DNA of 42,420 bases, from the UHGV virus genome UHGV-0094761; one strand, 5' to 3'. The position numbers and the translations under genes were made by a program. The notes below the pieces were generated by a model. That model was not told the origin of the DNA, did no database searches, and was given only the letters and a program-made list of their open reading frames with translations. The DNA is from a virus. How positions within the stretch are numbered: position 1 is the first letter of the stretch; each line of letters begins with the position of its first letter. This document shows, piece by piece, positions 37,037-42,420 of the stretch.

Positions 37037-37059
37037 GCTACCTTATGGTGGCTTTTTTT
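37037..37059 (+). terminator. Terminator-like hairpin between I and J
   Basis: GCTACC-ttat-GGTGGC (one G-U pair) followed by 7 T (37053-37059), 12 nt before the J start. Confidence 0.4.
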
Positions 37060-37070
37060 ATGGGCGTAAT

Positions 37071-40000
37071 ATGGCTACAGCAACCCCGATTAAAGGCCGC
37101 AAGGGCGGCAGTTCCAGTTCAAGAACCCCTACCGAACAGCCAGATGATCTGCAATCTGTAGCGAAGGCCAAAATCCTCGTTGCGCTTGGTGAAGGGGAGT
37201 TTGCAGGACAGCTAACCGGCAAAGATATTTACCTAGACGGAACGGCGCTGGAGAACGCCGACGGCTCCCAAAACTTTAGCGGCGTGACGTGGGAGTTTCG
37301 CGCGGGAACGCAGGCACAAAATTACATTCAGGGAATTCCCGGTACCGAAAACGAAATCAATGTTGGAACTGAAGTATCAAGCGCTACTGCCTGGACGCGC
37401 ACCTTCACCAACACCCAACTATCAGCCGTTCGCCTGCGACTGAAATGGCCTTCACTGTTTAAGCAGGAGGACAACGGCGATCTGGTAGGGTATTCCATCA
37501 ATTATGCGATAGACCTGCAGACTGATGGTGGGACCTGGCAAACCGTACTTAATACCAGTGCAACCGGCAAAACGACGTCTGGTTATGAGCGCAGCCACCG
37601 TATTGATTTACCGCAGGCTGGCAGCACCTGGACAATCCGACTGCGTAAGATCACCGCTGATGCAAACAGCGCGAAGATCGGCGACACGATGACGCTGCAG
37701 AGTTTTACCGAGGTGATTGACGCCAAACTGCGCTACCCGAATACCGCGCTGCTGTACATCGAATTCGACTCGAGTCAGTTTAACGGTTCAATACCGCAGA
37801 TCTCCTGTGAGCCTCGCGGGCGCGTGATCCGTGTTCCTGATAATTACGACCCTGAAACGAGGGCTTACAGCGGTACATGGCAGGGCGCGTTTAAGTGGGC
37901 CTGGACTGATAACCCGGCGTGGATATTTTACGATCTGGTGATTACCGATCGTTTTGGTCTGGGTAATCGCCTGACTGCAGCCAACATCGATAAATGGACG
38001 TTGTACCAGGTATCGCAGTATTGCGATCAGCCGGTACCGGACGGAAAGGGTGGAAGCGGGACAGAGCCACGCTATACCTGTAACGTCTATGTTCAGGACA
38101 GGAATGACGCTTACACTGTGCTGCGTGACTTTGCGGCTATATTCCGGGGTATGACGTACTGGGGCGGTGATCAGATTGTTGCGCTTGCCGATATGCCGAG
38201 AGATGTGGATTACGCTTACACCCGCGCTAACGTTATCGACGGACGCTTTACCTATTCCAGCAGCACGACAAAAACGCGGTATACCACGGCGCTGGTTTCC
38301 TGGTCTGATCCGGGTAACGCCTATGCAGATGCGATGGAGCCGGTGTTTGAGCAGCCTCTGGTGGCACGGTACGGATTTAATCAGCTGGAAATGACAGCCA
38401 TCGGCTGCACCAGGCAGTCAGAAGCGAACCGTAAGGGGCGCTGGGGTATTCTCACCAACAACAAGGATCGCGTTGTTTCGTTTGATGTCGGGCTGGACGG
38501 AAACATTCCGCAGCCGGGATACATCATCGCCGTGTCAGACGAGCTTCTGTCCGGCAAAGTTATGGGCGGTCGTATCAGTACCGTTAACGGTCGCGTGATA
38601 AAACTTGACCGCGTAGCTGATGCAGCAGCAGGCGATCGCCTGATTCTCAACCTTCCCTCCGGCGCGTCACAGAGCAGGACTATTCAGGCGGTTAACGCGG
38701 AATTTGTCACAGTCACCACGGCATACAGTGAGACGCCACATGCCGAAGCTGTATGGGTGGTTGAGTCAGATGAACTCTACGCCCAGCAGTATCGTGTTGT
38801 CAGTGTCTCCGATAACAATGATGGTACCTTCTCGATTACCGGCGCATGGCACGACCCGGATAAATATGCCCGTATCGATACCGGAGCCATCATTGACCAG
38901 CGGCCGGTGAGTGTGATCCCGCCGGGTAACCAGTCGCCGCCGGCTAACATTGTGATCAGCTCGTTTTCAGTGGTTCAGCAGAATATCAGCGTTGAGACCA
39001 TGCGGGTGAGCTGGGACCAGGCGCAGAACGCCATCGCCTACGAGGCACAGTGGCGCCGCAATGATGGTAACTGGGTAAACGTGCCGCGCAGCTCCACCAA
39101 CTCATTTGATGTATCGGGTATTTATGCAGGGCGCTACCTCGTGCGTGTGCGTGCCATTAATGCCGCTGAAATTTCCTCTGGCTGGGGCTATTCCGAAGAA
39201 AAAACGCTGACGGGTAAGGTGGGAAATCCGCCAAAACCTGTCGGCTTTGCGACAACGCCGATCAACTGGGGGATTCGCCTGAACTGGGGATTCCCGGCTA
39301 ACACCGGGGACACGCTGAAAACGGAAATTCAGTACACCGCGAACAGTGATTTCTCAAATCCTCTGCTGTTGTCTGATGTGCCTTATCCTTCTGCCGAATA
39401 CACTCAACTGGGATTAAAAGCGGGGCAGGAATTCTGGTACCGCGCGCAGCTGGTAGACAGAACGGGTAATGAATCAGGCTGGACCGACTGGGTTCGTGGA
39501 GAATCTAATGCGAATGCTGACGACTACCTGGGCGATATTGCAGATGACTTTCTCACATCTGCCGATGGTGACCGCCTGACAGGCGACATTGATACCAATC
39601 TCGAAGCCGCTTTGCAGAACGCGCTGGCCAACCATGCAACCGTGGAACACCAGTGGGCGCAGTACGGCGAGGTACGTGCGGATATTCTGGTGGTTAAAAC
39701 GACCATTGCTGATGTTGATAAAGCGATGGCTGAAATGTCGACGCAGGTGCAGGCGCAGTTCAATGATGTGACTGCCGCGCTGGAAGATAAGCTCACCGCC
39801 GTGGTTGATGCGACCGGGGCATCTGCAATTTACACCCTTAAAACCGGGGTTCGAATAAACGGTGTGATGTATAACGCCGGGATGTCGATCGCGGTACTGG
39901 CGGAAGCGGGTAAGCCGGTAGTCACCCGCGTCGGGTTTAACGCTAATCAGTTCGTCCTGATGAGTGGCAGTGGTGATACGCAATATTCACCGTTTGCCAT

Positions 40001-40256
40001 TATCAACGGTCAGGTATTTATCAGCGATGCGTTTATTCAGTATAGCCAAATCACGCTGGCAAAAATTGGTGAGCTGCGATCCGCTAATTATGTACAGGGA
40101 CAAACCGGCACCATCATGAAATCAGACGGGACGTTTGAAATGAATGGGGCGGTTGCCGGAGAGGGTGCAACGAAAATGACCAATCTCAATTACAGCGTTA
40201 AAGATGGCAATGGCGTTCTCCGCGTGCAGATTGGCAAATTAACAGGGGTATTCTGA
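37071..40256 (+). CDS. J: Tail tip / host specificity protein J (central fibre)
   Basis: Start at ATG 37071 (MATATPIKGRKGG...); about 1060 aa; conserved gpJ core (NTALLYIEFDS..F, YTCNVYVQDRNDAY) and FN3-like repeats; C-terminal receptor-binding region differs from lambda. Confidence 0.9.
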   Translation: MATATPIKGRKGGSSSSRTPTEQPDDLQSVAKAKILVALGEGEFAGQLTGKDIYLDGTALENADGSQNFSGVTWEFRAGTQAQNYIQGIPGTENEINVGTEVSSATAWTRTFTNTQLSAVRLRLKWPSLFKQEDNGDLVGYSINYAIDLQTDGGTWQTVLNTSATGKTTSGYERSHRIDLPQAGSTWTIRLRKITADANSAKIGDTMTLQSFTEVIDAKLRYPNTALLYIEFDSSQFNGSIPQISCEPRGRVIRVPDNYDPETRAYSGTWQGAFKWAWTDNPAWIFYDLVITDRFGLGNRLTAANIDKWTLYQVSQYCDQPVPDGKGGSGTEPRYTCNVYVQDRNDAYTVLRDFAAIFRGMTYWGGDQIVALADMPRDVDYAYTRANVIDGRFTYSSSTTKTRYTTALVSWSDPGNAYADAMEPVFEQPLVARYGFNQLEMTAIGCTRQSEANRKGRWGILTNNKDRVVSFDVGLDGNIPQPGYIIAVSDELLSGKVMGGRISTVNGRVIKLDRVADAAAGDRLILNLPSGASQSRTIQAVNAEFVTVTTAYSETPHAEAVWVVESDELYAQQYRVVSVSDNNDGTFSITGAWHDPDKYARIDTGAIIDQRPVSVIPPGNQSPPANIVISSFSVVQQNISVETMRVSWDQAQNAIAYEAQWRRNDGNWVNVPRSSTNSFDVSGIYAGRYLVRVRAINAAEISSGWGYSEEKTLTGKVGNPPKPVGFATTPINWGIRLNWGFPANTGDTLKTEIQYTANSDFSNPLLLSDVPYPSAEYTQLGLKAGQEFWYRAQLVDRTGNESGWTDWVRGESNANADDYLGDIADDFLTSADGDRLTGDIDTNLEAALQNALANHATVEHQWAQYGEVRADILVVKTTIADVDKAMAEMSTQVQAQFNDVTAALEDKLTAVVDATGASAIYTLKTGVRINGVMYNAGMSIAVLAEAGKPVVTRVGFNANQFVLMSGSGDTQYSPFAIINGQVFISDAFIQYSQITLAKIGELRSANYVQGQTGTIMKSDGTFEMNGAVAGEGATKMTNLNYSVKDGNGVLRVQIGKLTGVF

Positions 40257-40570
40257 TGTCATGGGGAATTCAGACGTGGGACGCAAATGGCGTCCCTAAT
40301 AACTACGGCATTAAACCTGTTTCTGTGGTGGGAATCATCGATCTTGCTTTAGGTCAGAAAACAGGAAGCTACCAGTTCAACCTTGAGCCTGGCTTAAAGG
40401 TTGGGTTTGCAGTTGGTACTCTGGAGGATAAAGGGACAATAAGTTACACAGATAAAAGAAATATTATTGCATCTGGAAACACCATAACAATACAGCCTTC
40501 AGGTAGTGATGGGATTAATGATTACCCGGCAGTCAAAGTGCAGTTAATCGTTTTTGCGGAGACTGCGTAG
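40256..40570 (+). CDS. Hypothetical protein (104 aa) downstream of J, paralogous to the next gene
   Basis: ATG overlaps the J stop (TGATG); shares the motif WG-x2-(T/I)WDA-(N/E)-G with the following ORF. Confidence 0.55.
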   Translation: MSWGIQTWDANGVPNNYGIKPVSVVGIIDLALGQKTGSYQFNLEPGLKVGFAVGTLEDKGTISYTDKRNIIASGNTITIQPSGSDGINDYPAVKVQLIVFAETA

Positions 40571-41245
40571 ATGGCTAAATATGGCGCATTGATTTCATTA
40601 CCTAACGGGAACCCTTTTATCACGCCTGATTCCACACCAATGACGCTTTACCGGAAAGTCACTGTAAACTCAACTTTTGGAGGGGATTTTAACAGTGCTT
40701 CTGCGTCCGTGACTGTCGACGGTCAGAAGGGAGGGATTGCATTTGCACGAACCAGCGCCCCGGCGAAGATATCAGCTTCAAAAAGTGGCAACACGTTCAG
40801 TGTTGATGCGTCTAATTACAGAGGTTCGGCTTTCGTGCTGGAGGCGTATTTTTTTGCCATATATCCGCTTACCCTTCCGGCCTGGGGTGTGGCTATATGG
40901 GATGCCGAAGGGACACTGGTACTTACGAATGAGTCCCGGGTATTAAGCGACCTTACAACTATAGGCTCACCCGGCGCTGCAACGGGTGGGCTTAACATCG
41001 ATACATACATGGCAGGCAAATGGGCCGTAAATCCGATGGGGCTGGGATCTGTTCTCCTTCATGCTGGTTCGGCACCCGGTGGACAGCCAATAATTCAGTC
41101 TGTGGATGTGGGTACAGGTTGCTTCAATGACGGTGCGGGAACGAGAATAAAAGGACTTTCATCAACAACAGCAAGCGGCTCTTCAATCGGAACGACGAAT
41201 AGCGGGATTGTAATAACGGCGATAAACACAGCCGTATATGATTAA
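40571..41245 (+). CDS. Hypothetical beta-rich protein (224 aa) downstream of J
   Basis: Starts immediately after the previous stop; Gly/Ser/Thr-rich; contains the same WGVAIWDAEG motif. Confidence 0.55.
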   Translation: MAKYGALISLPNGNPFITPDSTPMTLYRKVTVNSTFGGDFNSASASVTVDGQKGGIAFARTSAPAKISASKSGNTFSVDASNYRGSAFVLEAYFFAIYPLTLPAWGVAIWDAEGTLVLTNESRVLSDLTTIGSPGAATGGLNIDTYMAGKWAVNPMGLGSVLLHAGSAPGGQPIIQSVDVGTGCFNDGAGTRIKGLSSTTASGSSIGTTNSGIVITAINTAVYD

Positions 41246-41353
41246 ACCGATCGATTTAAACGATCAATTTAAGAATATTGATCTATTAAAACTATTTTTA
41301 TTATTCAACTCCATTGGTTATTTTTTGTTTAAATAATTAACTCTGGTGTCGAA

Positions 41354-41593
41354 ATGAAAAATATAATTATTCCCGTTATTGCATGTCTGGTGCTTTCTGC
41401 ATGTTCAGGACCTGTTCTGGAGAAACAGAAACCGGTTTGTCAGGCTGAGTTAGTGGCTGGTGGACTGCCCCAGTCAGTGCAGATTTACGGTGTGCGAAAA
41501 GTTGCTAATCAGACTGAGTACAGAGCCGGTTATCCATTTAACTGGCGATGGGTGAATAAAAATAACTTCACCAGTTCGAATTGCCCTCAATGA
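41354..41593 (+). CDS. Small lipoprotein (79 aa), candidate Cor-like superinfection-exclusion protein
   Basis: Signal peptide with lipobox LSAC; AT-rich upstream region; sits between J and the tail fibre gene; followed by a terminator. Confidence 0.5.
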   Translation: MKNIIIPVIACLVLSACSGPVLEKQKPVCQAELVAGGLPQSVQIYGVRKVANQTEYRAGYPFNWRWVNKNNFTSSNCPQ

Positions 41594-41607
41594 AACACCA
41601 AAAATAA

Positions 41608-41627
41608 CCCGCTCCGGCGGGTTTTTT
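41608..41627 (+). terminator. Rho-independent terminator after the small lipoprotein gene
   Basis: CCCGC-tccg-GCGGG followed by 6 T. Confidence 0.6.
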
Positions 41628-41651
41628 ATTATCTGAATTCAGGAGATATCC

Positions 41652-42420
41652 ATGTCAGCAGGAACCTTAACCCTGACGAATAACTCTGCTGCGGTCGCTG
41701 GCAGCGGGACCGCGTTTACCACCGAGGTGGCGGCCGGAGATTTTATTGTTGTCACTGTCGGCGGCGTTCCCTATACGCTCCCGGTTAAATCAGTGGAAAG
41801 CGGTACAGCGTTGACGCTGGTCAGTAATTTCACAGGGCCAACACAATCTGGTGCGGCCTGGTCTGCCGTTCCTCGTGTGGCGCTGAACATGGTTACTGCC
41901 GCGCTGGTGGCTCAGAGCGCAGAAGCGCTTCGAGGCCTGAACTACGACAAGCAAAACTGGCAGCAGTTTTTCACCGCTGACGGTGATGTAACGATCACAC
42001 TGCCTGACACCAGTCAGACGACAGGTCCATCAGCGAAAAAGTTGATCAATAGTGTGGCCGATAAAGCAGACTCGACTGATGCGCGGCTTGACACGATAAA
42101 TGGTAAGTCTGGCGGGGTTGTTGATGGCGAGGTAGCACTCACTCGTTCAGCAACAGAAAATATTTCAAACAGGTTTGTATTTACTACCATCGTCAATGCG
42201 GAGGGGCTTACAGCATGGGCTGAGAGACATGACTTCGCAGATGGTTCTAATCGTCAGATTCTAAATTTGGGGTCCGTATCAGGAGTGCGTAAAGCCGTAT
42301 TTAACGCCGAGGGTGGAATTCTGTGTAAAGCGGGGATCAATAACTTCTCGGCATTGCGTACCGGGTACTTTATAGACTATGAGTCCGGTCCTGTGGGTCT
42401 TTATATTGACTCGACTCGAA
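41652..42420 (+). CDS. Tail fibre protein (3'-truncated by the window end)
   Basis: ATG at 41652 with an AGGAGA RBS; MSAGTLTLTNNSAAVAGSGTAFTTEVAAGDFIVVTVGGVPYTLPVKSV...; frame stays open to the window end, so it is absent from the ORF track. Confidence 0.65.
   Translation, partial: MSAGTLTLTNNSAAVAGSGTAFTTEVAAGDFIVVTVGGVPYTLPVKSVESGTALTLVSNFTGPTQSGAAWSAVPRVALNMVTAALVAQSAEALRGLNYDKQNWQQFFTADGDVTITLPDTSQTTGPSAKKLINSVADKADSTDARLDTINGKSGGVVDGEVALTRSATENISNRFVFTTIVNAEGLTAWAERHDFADGSNRQILNLGSVSGVRKAVFNAEGGILCKAGINNFSALRTGYFIDYESGPVGLYIDSTR

Noticed and set aside
36951-37070. N-terminal extension of J from 36951 (track ORF)
   Set aside because: It overlaps the I gene in another frame and spans a terminator-like hairpin; the ATG at 37071 gives a start matching the gpJ N-terminus.

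Overview
This window is most of an integrated lambda-like (lambdoid) prophage of an enterobacterial host, read from the int end. Left to right: tyrosine integrase and excisionase (minus strand); a long, translationally coupled early-left operon (DEDDh exonuclease, HNH endonuclease, HD phosphohydrolase, YfdQ/YfdP-like and small proteins); about 1 kb with no credible ORF where PL/N would be expected; the immunity region (cI-like repressor, operators, cro-like, cII-like); a replication initiator with internal iterons; Dam-family methyltransferase fusion, RusA, Rha/KilAC antirepressor, DUF968 protein and a Q-like antiterminator; an AT-rich three-gene minus-strand cassette; a second orphan DNA methyltransferase; a pinholin / SAR-endolysin / Rz / embedded Rz1 lysis cassette; an AT-rich two-gene module with a stand-alone FtsH-like HEAGH peptidase domain; a lambda-type cos site; and a head and tail module collinear with lambda Nu1-A-W-B-C(Nu3)-D-E-FI-FII-Z-U-V-G/T-H-M-L-K-I-J, interrupted by a lipoprotein moron between K and I and followed by two paralogous proteins, a small lipoprotein and a 3'-truncated tail fibre gene. 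No rRNA, tRNA or CRISPR array was found. The best candidates for an undescribed system are the convergent three-gene cassette at 14683-16232 and the peptidase pair at 19406-20204. All homology statements come from reading the translations and from remembered protein families; no database search was run.
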